Source: Microvirga sp.
GTDB taxonomy: Bacteria; Pseudomonadota; Alphaproteobacteria; Rhizobiales; Beijerinckiaceae
Assembly: GCA_035944695.1 (NCBI GenBank)
Contig: DASZBB010000160.1
Coordinates: 1-62,650 of the forward strand
DNA: 62,650 nucleotides
Reading direction: 5' to 3'
Position 1 is the first letter of the stretch. Each line of letters starts with the position of its first letter. Shown here piece by piece: positions 28,916 through 38,132 of this stretch. The notes under the pieces are model-generated. The model ran no database searches. It saw nothing but the letters and a program-made list of their open reading frames with translations, and was not told where the DNA came from. The position numbers and the translations under genes are program-made.

Positions 28916-29452
28916 ATGCCCCGCCTGTTCACCGGCATCGAGATCCCGGCCGAGATCGCCCTGGCTCTTTCGAGCTTTCGCGGCGGCCTTCCTGGCGCGC
29001 GCTGGGTCGATCCCGAGAACTATCATCTCACCCTGCGGTTCATCGGCGACATCGATGAGCGTATGGCGGACGACGTCGCTTCCATTCTCGGCGAGAGGCG
29101 CCTGCGGGCTCCGATCACCCTGACCATCGACGGGCTCGATACGTTCGGCGGCGGGAAACCCCGTGCGGTCTTTGCCCGCACCGCCGGCAACGGCGAGTTG
29201 AACGAACTTCAGGCGGAGCAGGAACGCCTCCTGCGCCAGATCGGGCTCCCTCCGGAGACCCGCAAGTTCACGCCGCATGTGACCCTGGCGCGGCTGCGGA
29301 ACGTGTCGCCCATCGACGTGGCGGATTACATCGCCACCCGCGGGCACTTCCCGAAGCTGACCTTCACGGCCGACCGCTTCGTCCTCTATTCATCCCGGAA
29401 CTCGGTCGGCGGCGGTCCCTACATCGTCGAGGCGGCCTATCCCTTGAGCTAG
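28916..29452 (+). CDS. thpR: RNA 2',3'-cyclic phosphodiesterase (2H phosphoesterase)
   Basis: MPRLF start and two HxT motifs (HLTLRFIG, PHVTLAR). Confidence 0.92.
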   Translation: MPRLFTGIEIPAEIALALSSFRGGLPGARWVDPENYHLTLRFIGDIDERMADDVASILGERRLRAPITLTIDGLDTFGGGKPRAVFARTAGNGELNELQAEQERLLRQIGLPPETRKFTPHVTLARLRNVSPIDVADYIATRGHFPKLTFTADRFVLYSSRNSVGGGPYIVEAAYPLS

Positions 29453-29488
29453 CTCGACGCAGGCGTGCAAGGCTGTTACAGCAGCCCC

Positions 29489-30079
29489 ATGACTTCGCTC
29501 GTCTTCATCACCCATCCCGAAGTGGTCATCGATCCCGACCAGCCGATCACCGAATGGCCCCTGAACGCCGTCGGCCGCACCCGCATGGAGCGTTTCGCCG
29601 AACTGCTCGCGGACCGGGACGTCTCCGCCGTCTATGCCAGCACGGAACGCAAGGCCATGGACGGCGCCGCCATCGTGGCGAAGCATCTCGGCCTGTCTTA
29701 CGAAACCGACGAAGACCTGGGGGAGAACGACCGCTCGTCCACAGGCTTCATCGCGCCGCCGGAATTCTGGGACGTGGTGCGCGAGTTCTTCGGCCGGCCG
29801 GACGAGAGCATCCGCGGCTGGGAGCGCGCCGTGGACGCGCAGACCCGCATCGTGGAGGCCATCGGCCGCATCCTGCGCGAGGACGAGACCGCCGGCGACA
29901 TCGTCGTGGTCTCGCACGGCGCGGTCGGATGCCTGTTGACCGCGCATCTGCAGCAGGTCGCGATCGGCCAGGAAAGCCGCCCGTCGCATCCTGGCGGCGG
30001 CTGCTTCATCGTCATCGACCGGGATTCCTTCACGCTGACGCAGGATTGGCGCACCATCGAGGAGGGATTTACGGCGTGA
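29489..30079 (+). CDS. Histidine phosphatase superfamily protein
   Basis: FITHPEV (variant of RHG), STERKA, LGENDRS and VVSHGAVG motifs. Confidence 0.78.
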   Translation: MTSLVFITHPEVVIDPDQPITEWPLNAVGRTRMERFAELLADRDVSAVYASTERKAMDGAAIVAKHLGLSYETDEDLGENDRSSTGFIAPPEFWDVVREFFGRPDESIRGWERAVDAQTRIVEAIGRILREDETAGDIVVVSHGAVGCLLTAHLQQVAIGQESRPSHPGGGCFIVIDRDSFTLTQDWRTIEEGFTA

Positions 30080-30167
30080 GCGACCTGACCACGGCGCGTT
30101 TCGCTCTTGCATCCACCCGGCCGTGGGACTAGCGCTGCGCTTCAAGACCCAGGACTGATCCGAGCCC

Positions 30168-31184
30168 ATGATCCGCACCCGCATCGCGCAAACGGCGCCC
30201 GGCATCGCCCTGTGCACGGCGATCGCGCTTGCGGCCATGGGGCTGCAATGGGCGGAAGAGCATTGGACCGGGCGGTCCTGGCTCGAGGCGCTCGTCATCG
30301 CCATCCTGCTCGGCACCCTGGTGAGGACCCTTTGGACCCCAAGCAGGCGCTGGGCTCCCGGCATCGGTTTTTCCGCCAAGACCCTGCTCGAGATCGCCGT
30401 GATGCTTCTGGGCGCCTCGATCAGTTTTCAGGCCGTCCTCGACGCGGGCCTCGGCCTCGTCTTCGGCATTGCTCTCGTGGTGGCGCTCGCCATCGGGGCG
30501 AGCTATGGGCTCGGCCGCTGGCTCGGGCTGCCGAAGCGCATGGCAATGCTGGTCGCCTGCGGCAACTCGATCTGCGGCAACTCGGCCATTGCCGCCGTGG
30601 CGCCCGTCATCGGCGCCAAGCCCGAGGACGTGGCCTCCTCCATCGCGTTCACGGCGATCCTCGGGGTGATCGTCGTGCTTGCCCTCCCACTGCTGGTGCC
30701 GCTCCTCGGCCTGTCGACGACGCAATACGGCGTGCTGGCAGGCCTTACGGTCTATGCAGTGCCGCAGGTGCTGGCGGCCACCGTGCCGGTGAGCCTCGTC
30801 AGCATGCAGCTCGGTACGCTGGTGAAGCTCGTGCGCGTGCTGATGCTCGGCCCGGTGGTGGTCGCCCTGTCGCTCGTGGCGGGACGCAACACGACGGACG
30901 TGCGACCGGGCTTGGCGTGGAACCGGCTCGTACCCTGGTTCATCATCGGGTTCCTGGGCCTTGCCCTGCTGCGCTCCCTCGGTCTCATCCCGGATATGGC
31001 TCTACGCGTGATCGCGCCCGTCGCGACCCTGCTCACCGTCATCTCCATGGCGGCCCTGGGCCTCGGCGTGGATGTCAGGGTTCTCGGCCGCGTCGGCGCC
31101 CGTGTGACGCTGGCCGTGACGCTCTCGCTCCTGGTGCTGATCCTGATCAGCCTGGGCCTGATCCGGCTGCTCGGCATTGCGTGA
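30168..31184 (+). CDS. YeiH / putative sulfate exporter family membrane protein
   Basis: ACGNSICGNSAIAAVAP and VKLVRVLML motifs; multiple transmembrane segments. Confidence 0.88.
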   Translation: MIRTRIAQTAPGIALCTAIALAAMGLQWAEEHWTGRSWLEALVIAILLGTLVRTLWTPSRRWAPGIGFSAKTLLEIAVMLLGASISFQAVLDAGLGLVFGIALVVALAIGASYGLGRWLGLPKRMAMLVACGNSICGNSAIAAVAPVIGAKPEDVASSIAFTAILGVIVVLALPLLVPLLGLSTTQYGVLAGLTVYAVPQVLAATVPVSLVSMQLGTLVKLVRVLMLGPVVVALSLVAGRNTTDVRPGLAWNRLVPWFIIGFLGLALLRSLGLIPDMALRVIAPVATLLTVISMAALGLGVDVRVLGRVGARVTLAVTLSLLVLILISLGLIRLLGIA

Positions 31185-31250
31185 GGGCTTGAAACCTCAG
31201 GGCTGCGCTTCATGACTAAGGCGAACCTCCCGTAACGATGAAGTGCGCCC

Positions 31251-31553
31251 ATGCCCCGCCTGACCGAATCCGAGCGTTCCGAACTCCTGCCCGCCCTCGA
31301 CGGCTGGGCACTGGTCGAAGGCCGCGACGCCATCCACAAGCGTTTCGTCTTCGACGATTTCAACGCAGCCTTCGGCTGGATGACCCGCGTCGCCCTCGCG
31401 GCCGAGGCCATGAACCACCATCCGGAATGGGCCAACACCTACAACAAGGTCGAGGTGACGCTCGCCACCCACGATGCCAAGGGTCTGACGCGCCGCGACA
31501 TCGAGCTGGCGCAGCGCATGGACCAGATGGCCGCAGGATGGGTGAAGCGCTAG
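31251..31553 (+). CDS. phhB: Pterin-4-alpha-carbinolamine dehydratase
   Basis: [24 protein letters not shown] motif. Confidence 0.92.
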   Translation: MPRLTESERSELLPALDGWALVEGRDAIHKRFVFDDFNAAFGWMTRVALAAEAMNHHPEWANTYNKVEVTLATHDAKGLTRRDIELAQRMDQMAAGWVKR

Positions 31554-31555
31554 AC

Positions 31556-31960
31556 ATGACCGAAACACGAATCCGCACGGGCGGCTGTGCCTGCGGGCAG
31601 CTGACCTTCGAGGTCCGGGGCGAACCAAAACGCGTGGGGCTCTGCCATTGCATGACCTGCCGCAAGATCAGCGGCGCACCCTTCAACGCCTATGTGATCT
31701 TCGCCACCGATCAGGTGACGATCTCCGGCGAATTCCGGAGCTGGTCCGCGACGCCCGATACCGAACGCTGCTTCTGCACATTGTGCGGCTCGCAGGTCTT
31801 CGACCGGGATTCCGACACCGAGATCGAGATCAAGCTCGGCGCCTTCGACGAACCGAACCTTTTCACCCCCACCTACGAAGCCTGGGCCAAGCGCCGGGAG
31901 CACTGGCTCCGCACCCCGGATCTCGAAAGCTTTCCCGAGAACCGGGGCGAAATTACCTGA
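31556..31960 (+). CDS. GFA (glutathione-dependent formaldehyde-activating) family protein
   Basis: GGCACG, CHCMTCRK and RCFCTLCGS zinc ligands. Confidence 0.9.
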   Translation: MTETRIRTGGCACGQLTFEVRGEPKRVGLCHCMTCRKISGAPFNAYVIFATDQVTISGEFRSWSATPDTERCFCTLCGSQVFDRDSDTEIEIKLGAFDEPNLFTPTYEAWAKRREHWLRTPDLESFPENRGEIT

Positions 31961-31966
31961 AGCCCG

Positions 31967-32752
31967 CTATTTCGGCTGCATACGCAGCGCGCCGTCGAGG
32001 CGGATGCCTTCGCCGTTGAGCATGTCGTTCTCGATGATGGCCTTCACCAGCGCGGCATATTCTTCGGGACGGCCGAGGCGCGACGGGAACGGCACGTTGG
32101 CCTCGAGCGCCTTGCGGTAATCCTCCGCGATTCCTTCGAAGAGCGGCGTGTGGAACAGGCCCGGCATGATCGTCATCACCCGGATGCCGAAGCCGGACAG
32201 GTCGCGGGCGACGGGCAGCGTCAGCCCGAGCACGCCGCCCTTGGAGGCGGCATAGGCGGCCTGCCCGATCTGACCGTCCTGCGCGGCCACGGACGAGGTG
32301 TTGACGATGACCCCGCGTCCGCCGTCCGGCGTCACCGGGTCGAGCCCGGCCATGGCCGTGGCGCATTTCGCGATCATGGCATAGGTGCCGATCAGGTTGA
32401 TCTCGACCGCACGGCGGAAGCTCGCCACGTCGTGGGGGATCAACTCGCCGGTTTCGCGCTTCTTCGACACTGTGCGCTTGCCCGGCGCGATGCCGGCGCA
32501 GTTGACCAGGATCCGTTCCATGCCGTTGGTCGCACGGGCCGCGGCGAGCGCCGAATCGATGGAGGCCTCGTCCGTCACGTCGGCCCGGCAGAAGACAGCC
32601 CCAATTTCCCGGGCAACCTCCTCGCCGCGCTCGGCGTTCATGTCCAGGATGGCGACCCGCGCGCCGTTGGAGGCCAGCATCCGGGCCGTGGCCTCGCCGA
32701 GGCCCGATGCGCCTCCGGTAACGACGGCTGCCATCAATTTGTCGAGCTTCAT
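31967..32752 (-). CDS. SDR, 3-hydroxyacyl-CoA dehydrogenase type-2 (HSD10-like)
   Basis: TGGASGLG, DGQIGQAAYAASKGG, FPSRLGRP and RLDGALRM motifs. Confidence 0.9.
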   Translation of the reverse strand: MKLDKLMAAVVTGGASGLGEATARMLASNGARVAILDMNAERGEEVAREIGAVFCRADVTDEASIDSALAAARATNGMERILVNCAGIAPGKRTVSKKRETGELIPHDVASFRRAVEINLIGTYAMIAKCATAMAGLDPVTPDGGRGVIVNTSSVAAQDGQIGQAAYAASKGGVLGLTLPVARDLSGFGIRVMTIMPGLFHTPLFEGIAEDYRKALEANVPFPSRLGRPEEYAALVKAIIENDMLNGEGIRLDGALRMQPK

Positions 32753-32831
32753 CGCTTTTCTCCTCCGATCGGAGACGTCTTAAGCTATCCTCGACGCCTG
32801 GGGAACGCACACTATGGAAGGAACCGGTTGA

Positions 32832-33218
32832 ATGAGTGAACCCTTCATGAAGCCTTTCACCAAGGCCGAGATGGAGGCCATACGGAAGGAGACCCGCGAC
32901 GAGGAAGGTCTGAAGCGCCGGTTCTGGGACAAGCTGAAGCGTGTCGCCGGCAGGATCCCGTTCGCCGAGGATCTCGTGGCCGCCTTCTTCTGTGCCACGG
33001 ACCCGGCGACGCCCAGCCGCGTGAAGCTCATCCTCCTCGGAGCGATCGCCTATTTCGTGTTTCCCACGGATGCCATCACCGATCTCCTGCCCCTGTTCGG
33101 ATTCGCCGATGACGCAGCGGTCCTGGCGGCCGCGATCACGCAGGTCGCCGGTTCCATAACGGAAGAGCACAAGGAGCGGGCCCGCAAGGCTCTCAAGGAC
33201 ACGGTCGAGCAGACCTGA
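32832..33218 (+). CDS. YkvA / DUF1232 family protein
   Basis: DPATP..K..LGAIAYFVFPTDAITD.LP..GFADDAAV motif. Confidence 0.9.
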   Translation: MSEPFMKPFTKAEMEAIRKETRDEEGLKRRFWDKLKRVAGRIPFAEDLVAAFFCATDPATPSRVKLILLGAIAYFVFPTDAITDLLPLFGFADDAAVLAAAITQVAGSITEEHKERARKALKDTVEQT

Positions 33219-33255
33219 TATCTTGGCCTTAGGACTGCATTCAGAACAAAGAATA

Positions 33256-33287
33256 TTGACTTATTGCAATGTTATTATAGATAACGT
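33256..33287 (+). promoter_or_regulatory. Sigma70-type promoter with overlapping palindromic operator
   Basis: TTGACT (-35) then TAGATA/TATAGA (-10) in an AT-rich patch; ATGTTAT-N5-ATAACGT inverted repeat overlaps the -10. Confidence 0.6.
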
Positions 33288-33289
33288 AA

Positions 33290-33392
33290 GGATGAGTCGT
33301 TCGCAACAAAGTCATTTCCTTCCTCCGGCTTTTAAAGACGAACAAGCATTGCAGAACCACCTCGGGCCGCCCTTCCGGCGGCCCTTTTTCTT
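33290..33392 (+). ncRNA. Candidate trans-acting sRNA with anti-Shine-Dalgarno loop
   Basis: Stem AAAGTC/GGCTTT closes loop ATTTCCTTCCTCC, outer pairing GTTCG/CGAAC, then terminator GGGCCGCC-CTTCC-GGCGGCCC-TTTTTCTT. Confidence 0.7.
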
Positions 33393-33507
33393 GAGCGGCG
33401 CGGATGTGGCACCGGCTGGTCACAGCCACCGCCACGTTTCGACGCATCGCCAATCCGCCGGCGCAGCCTTAACGGAGATGGTGAAGAGTTCTTAACCATC
33501 CGCCTGT

Positions 33508-34230
33508 ATGGTCCGCCCCATGATTACTGCATCTCTCCAGCGCGGCATCGCCGCGGGCATCCTTTCCGCCGTCGTCGTCATCGGAACCGGACCTGCAGCC
33601 CTGGCTCAGTCCCAGCGTTCGACGCAGCAATCGACTCGTCCTGCCGCTGCCAAGCCGGCGCCGGCGGCAAAGCCCAAGCCGGCTCCGGCGACCAGAACCA
33701 ATGCGGCCAGGCCGGCGGCGGCAGGAGCTGCGGCTGGAGCGGCCGCAGCGACGACGGCCAAGCCGGCCCAGGCGGCGACCGGCCCCGGAGGCGCTTCGCT
33801 TCTCACGTCCTATGGCGACTGGGGCGTCTACACGGCCCAGACCGGCCGTTCCAAGATCTGTTATGCCCTGAGCCAGCCCAAGGACCGGCTGCCGAAGAAC
33901 GTGAATCGCGATCCGGCCTATCTCTTCGTGTCCTTCCGCCCGGCGGAGAACGTCAAGAACGAGGTCGCCCTGGTGCTCGGCTTCACGGCGAAGGAGAACG
34001 GCCCTGCGGAAGCCGCCGTCGGCAATGCCTCCTATGCCCTGATTACCAAGGCGGCGAACGCCTGGCTCAAGAACCCCGCCGAGGAAGGCCAAGCCATCGC
34101 CACCATGGCGCGCAGCGGAACCGTGACGGTGAAGACGCAGTCGGCTCGCGGCTCGAGCCTGACGGACCGCTACTCGCTGAACGGCTTCAGCAAGGCTCTG
34201 GAGCACGCCCGCAAGGAATGCGCTTCTTAA
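33508..34230 (+). CDS. Invasion associated locus B (IalB) family secreted protein
   Basis: Signal peptide, Ala/Pro/Lys linker, then YGDWGVY..KICYALSQP...DRYSLNGFSKAL..C; typically upstream of rlmN. Confidence 0.82.
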   Translation: MVRPMITASLQRGIAAGILSAVVVIGTGPAALAQSQRSTQQSTRPAAAKPAPAAKPKPAPATRTNAARPAAAGAAAGAAAATTAKPAQAATGPGGASLLTSYGDWGVYTAQTGRSKICYALSQPKDRLPKNVNRDPAYLFVSFRPAENVKNEVALVLGFTAKENGPAEAAVGNASYALITKAANAWLKNPAEEGQAIATMARSGTVTVKTQSARGSSLTDRYSLNGFSKALEHARKECAS

Positions 34231-34259
34231 AACCCTGCACCGTTGAAAATTGGTGCCTG

Positions 34260-34301
34260 AATGAGCATGTTCCGGGTCACGCGCCCGGAATTTTGCTCAT
34301 T
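34260..34301. terminator. Inverted repeat / hairpin between ialB-like gene and rlmN
   Basis: AATGAGCA..TTCCGGG-loop-CCCGGAA..TGCTCATT. Confidence 0.45.
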
Positions 34302-34372
34302 CAAGGCTCACGATTTCGGCGCAATCGTGTTATAGGCACGCCGACTCCCAACAACGAGGCTTGAGATTTCCC

Positions 34373-35686
34373 ATGGCGACGGTGCTCGACATCGCCAAGC
34401 GTAACCCCAATGCGGCCCCGGTGGCCGTGAGCGATGCCGCGCGCGCGGCCGGGTTCATCGAAAAGACCGCGGAACTGAACGTCGTGGCCGGAGCCGCCCC
34501 CGGCGGCGCCTCCCTCGTCGGCCTCACCCGCGACCAGCTCAAGGACTCGCTTGCTGCCATCGGCGTGCCGGAGCGCGAGCTGAAGATGCGCGTGGCCCAG
34601 CTCTGGCATTGGATCTATTTCCGCGGGGCCAAGGACTTCGCCGAAATGACCAATGTGGGCAAGGAGCTGCGCGCCAGGCTGGCCCAGGCCTATACGCTCG
34701 CCCGCCCGCAGGTGGTCTCCGAACAGGTCTCGAAGGACGGCACCCGCAAGTGGCTCATCCGCATGCCCTCCACGGGCCCGCTCGACAAGGGCGCGGAGAT
34801 CGAGTGCGTGTACATTCCGGAGGTCGATCGCGGTACACTCTGCGTGTCGAGCCAGGTCGGCTGCACGCTCACCTGCTCCTTCTGCCACACGGGCACGCAG
34901 CGCCTCGTGCGCAACCTGACCTCGGCCGAGATCGTCGCGCAGCTCATCGTCGCCCGCGATTCCATCGGCGACTGGCCGGACGCTGTCCCGCCGGAAGGCG
35001 CCTTCGTGCCCACCGACGGCGGACGCTTCGTGTCCAACATCGTGTTCATGGGCATGGGCGAGCCGCTCTACAACATCGGTGACGTGATCGCCGCCATCGA
35101 CGTCATGTCGGACGGCGAGGGCCTGACCCTGTCGCGCCGGCGCATCACCGTTTCCACCTCCGGCGTCGTGCCGCAGATGGAGCGTTTGGGCTCTGAGGCC
35201 AACACCATGCTGGCGATCTCGCTCCATGCCGTGCGCGACGAGCTGCGCGACGAGCTGGTGCCGATCAACCGCAAATACAACATCAAGCAGCTCCTGGACG
35301 CCTGCCGGGCCTATCCCGGCCTGTCGAATGCGCGCCGCATCACCTTCGAATACGTGATGCTCAAGGGCGTGAACGATTCGGATGCCGACGCCCGCGAGCT
35401 CGTGCGGCTCCTCAAGGGCATTCCGGCGAAGATCAACCTGATCCCGTTCAATCCCTGGCCCGGTTCGAAATACGAGTGCTCGGACTGGGAGCGGATCGAG
35501 CGCTTCTCCGAGATCGTCTACCGCGCCGGCTACGCCTCGCCGGTGCGCACGCCGCGCGGCCGCGACATCCTCGCCGCCTGCGGCCAGCTCAAGAGCGAGA
35601 CCGAGAAGCTGCGCGCCCGCGCCCGCATGATGGCCGAACAGGGCATCGGGGCGGAAGGTGTCTATGCGCTGGGGGATGGGGAGTAA
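34373..35686 (+). CDS. rlmN: Dual-specificity 23S rRNA/tRNA m2A methyltransferase
   Basis: [18 protein letters not shown] (CxxxCxxC), MGMGEP, ISLHA, FEYVML and DILAACGQL motifs. Confidence 0.97.
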   Translation: MATVLDIAKRNPNAAPVAVSDAARAAGFIEKTAELNVVAGAAPGGASLVGLTRDQLKDSLAAIGVPERELKMRVAQLWHWIYFRGAKDFAEMTNVGKELRARLAQAYTLARPQVVSEQVSKDGTRKWLIRMPSTGPLDKGAEIECVYIPEVDRGTLCVSSQVGCTLTCSFCHTGTQRLVRNLTSAEIVAQLIVARDSIGDWPDAVPPEGAFVPTDGGRFVSNIVFMGMGEPLYNIGDVIAAIDVMSDGEGLTLSRRRITVSTSGVVPQMERLGSEANTMLAISLHAVRDELRDELVPINRKYNIKQLLDACRAYPGLSNARRITFEYVMLKGVNDSDADARELVRLLKGIPAKINLIPFNPWPGSKYECSDWERIERFSEIVYRAGYASPVRTPRGRDILAACGQLKSETEKLRARARMMAEQGIGAEGVYALGDGE

Positions 35687-35783
35687 GATTCCGATGCCAT
35701 GCCGACGAGTGCGGCGTGGCACATCCGAACACTATTGAAACAAAGCATCATTTCTCGGACGCAATAATGCCGAGAGGTGGGCA

Positions 35784-36248
35784 ATGGTTCGCGCTGTTTG
35801 GGCTGCACTCGTTGCAAGCTTTGCATCGCCCTACGTCGCAGTTTTTCTTCTGCAGCACCTCAGCTTATCCCGACCACCGGCTCAAACTCCTGTAGGGGTG
35901 AGACTGGCGCCTTCCGGCTCCTCCATGGACGCCCTCTTCCTTGAAATCTTTGTGAAGGCAATGACGGCAATCGGCCTCTTCGTGTTCATTGTTTCCTTAG
36001 CATTGGTCGTCGTTCTCAAGGCGCTTCATCGCTATACATTACGAAACGTCATCGCCAGCGGCTGCGCAACGGGCGCCATATTGGTCCCGATCGTCGCGAT
36101 GGATGGCTATCCAGGTCCCTGGTCAAGCGGGGAAGGGCTGTGGAGACTGTCATTTGCATGCACGATCGGGCTCATCTCCGGCGCAGCATGCGGCCTGACT
36201 TACTGGGCGATCGCGACGAGCGGTCGACGGAGAACAAATATGCTATAG
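35784..36248 (+). CDS. Hypothetical membrane protein with atypical codon usage
   Basis: 154 aa with about 4 hydrophobic segments filling the intergenic gap; visibly more A/T at third codon positions than its neighbours. Confidence 0.5.
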   Translation: MVRAVWAALVASFASPYVAVFLLQHLSLSRPPAQTPVGVRLAPSGSSMDALFLEIFVKAMTAIGLFVFIVSLALVVVLKALHRYTLRNVIASGCATGAILVPIVAMDGYPGPWSSGEGLWRLSFACTIGLISGAACGLTYWAIATSGRRRTNML

Positions 36249-36255
36249 ACGCCGC

Positions 36256-36753
36256 ATGATCCGCTGGCTCCTCCTGATCCCCTTCGCGCTTCTCATCGCC
36301 ATCGGCGCGAGCGGCACGTTCTTCCTCATCGCCGCCATCATCGATCCGGTCATGGCGATGCTCACCGGTGATACGCTCTTCGTCGGCTTCTGGTCGTTCG
36401 TGGACGCGATGTTTGCCGCGGAAGACCCGGGCCCCATCGTGGAGGACGCGTTTCTGGCGGTCGGCCGGATCGTCTTCACCCTGCTGGTCTTACCCCCGCT
36501 GATGATCGCGGTCGTCAGCGAGGTGCTGGGGATGCGCAGCCTCCTCTGGCACACGCTCGCCACCGGCGTGCTGACCGCGGCCGTGCCGTTCATTCTGCGC
36601 GGGTCGGCGCGGGTCGCCTCGCCGGACGAACTGCATGTGAGTCTCGTGCTCGGCCTCACCGGTGCGATTGCCGGCCTCGTCTACTGGGCGATCATCGGAG
36701 GGCGCGAGCCGCGCCGTTCCAGTCCTACCGCGTCGACGTCGTCAGGATCTTGA
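36256..36753 (+). CDS. Hypothetical membrane protein
   Basis: About 4 transmembrane segments, host-like codon usage, C-terminal GLVYWAI motif. Confidence 0.75.
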   Translation: MIRWLLLIPFALLIAIGASGTFFLIAAIIDPVMAMLTGDTLFVGFWSFVDAMFAAEDPGPIVEDAFLAVGRIVFTLLVLPPLMIAVVSEVLGMRSLLWHTLATGVLTAAVPFILRGSARVASPDELHVSLVLGLTGAIAGLVYWAIIGGREPRRSSPTASTSSGS

Positions 36754-37366
36754 TGGCGAAGACCGAGAACAGGCCGGCGAAGGAATAATCGATCCCGCGC
36801 ATGAACCTCGGATGGCCGCGCAGGAGCGCGATCACCTTGTCGGCGCCCAGGATCATCAGCGCGCCCATCGGCGCGGTCAGCACGATGAAGTAGAGCCCGA
36901 GGAACACCAGCTTGTCGGCCGCATGGGGATCGGCCGCATCGACGAATTGCGGCAGGAAGGTCACGAAGAACAGGACGACCTTCGGGTTCGTGAGGTTGAT
37001 CCCCACCCCCATGAAGAAGGTCTTCCAGAACGGGATCTCCGCCCGCCCTTCCTCTTTCACGTGCAGAGCCGAGCCGTGGCGCACGGCCTCGAAGGCCATC
37101 CACAGCAGATAGAGCGCGCCGACGATTTTCAGCACCGTGAATGCCGTAACGGAAGCTGCCAGAAGCGCCGAGAGGCCCAAAGCCGCCAGGAGCGTATGCA
37201 CCGCGCATCCCGCCATGGCGCCCAGCATCGAGGCCATGCCGGCCTTGCGTCCGCCGGCCATGGTTTTCGCCAGGAACAGGCTCATGTCCGGCCCTGGCGT
37301 GATGAAGAGCAGGATCGCGGCAAGCGTGTAGGTGAGCAGGGTGCTGACGTCCGGCAGGAAGGTCAT
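36725..37366 (-). CDS. LysE/RhtB family translocator
   Basis: ITPGPDM, LKIVGALYLLW and NLTNPKVVLFF..FLPQFV motifs. Confidence 0.92.
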   Translation of the reverse strand: MTFLPDVSTLLTYTLAAILLFITPGPDMSLFLAKTMAGGRKAGMASMLGAMAGCAVHTLLAALGLSALLAASVTAFTVLKIVGALYLLWMAFEAVRHGSALHVKEEGRAEIPFWKTFFMGVGINLTNPKVVLFFVTFLPQFVDAADPHAADKLVFLGLYFIVLTAPMGALMILGADKVIALLRGHPRFMRGIDYSFAGLFSVFAIKILTTSTR

Positions 37367-37436
37367 GGATCGACTCGATTGGCTTGAGACGGCGGGATCA
37401 TGCCTCAATCCGGTGTGCACGGCCACCCGAAAGCCG

Positions 37437-37465
37437 CTTGTTGACAGACCGCCCCTGCCCCATGT
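37437..37465 (+). promoter_or_regulatory. Putative RpoH promoter of the lemA operon
   Basis: CTTG-N18-CCCATGT; an overlapping TTGACA is also present. Confidence 0.5.
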
Positions 37466-37513
37466 GTTGATCCCAGCAAAGGTTCCAGGAACCGAATCGC
37501 GAGAAGGACAGAT

Positions 37514-38119
37514 ATGAAGGCCCTGCTTTTACCGACCCGGATCCGCGTTGCTCTCACCGGCATGCTTCTGGCGTTCGGGCTGTCCGCCTGCGGCATCAAC
37601 ACCGTCCCGACCCTGGAAGAACAGGCCAAGGCCGCCTGGAGCGAGGTGCAAAACCAGTACCAGCGCCGGGCCGACCTCATCCCCAACCTCGTTGAGACCG
37701 TCAAAGGCTTCGCCCAGCAGGAGCGCGAGGTGCTAACCCAGGTGACGGAGGCCCGCGCCCGCGCCACGCAGGTTCAGGTCGATGCCTCCACGGTCACGGA
37801 TCCGGAGAAGTTCCGCCAGTTCCAGGAGGCGCAAAACCAACTCTCCGGGGCGCTTGGCCGGCTGCTCGCTACCGTGGAGCGCTATCCGGAGCTGAAGTCG
37901 AACGCCAACTTCCTCGCCCTGCAGTCCCAGCTCGAAGGCACGGAGAACCGCATCGCGGTGGCGCGTCGCGACTACATCGCGGCGGTGCAGGCCTACAACA
38001 CGGAGCTGCGCACCATTCCCGGGCGGTGGATCGCGGCCGTCGTCTATCCGGACGCCAAGCCCATGGAGACCTTCACCGCCACGGCCGGCTCCGAACGTCC
38101 GCCCGAGGTGAAGTTCTGA
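37514..38119 (+). CDS. lemA: LemA family lipoprotein
   Basis: Lipobox LSAC, YQRRADLIPNLV, YPELKSN and LEGTENRI motifs. Confidence 0.93.
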   Translation: MKALLLPTRIRVALTGMLLAFGLSACGINTVPTLEEQAKAAWSEVQNQYQRRADLIPNLVETVKGFAQQEREVLTQVTEARARATQVQVDASTVTDPEKFRQFQEAQNQLSGALGRLLATVERYPELKSNANFLALQSQLEGTENRIAVARRDYIAAVQAYNTELRTIPGRWIAAVVYPDAKPMETFTATAGSERPPEVKF

Positions 38120-38132
38120 CGGGCTTCGCCCG

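Noticed and set aside
33223-33495. 90-aa ORF across the sRNA candidate
   Set aside because: It spans a promoter and an intrinsic terminator and has atypical codons; a non-coding unit fits better, though a short peptide is not excluded.
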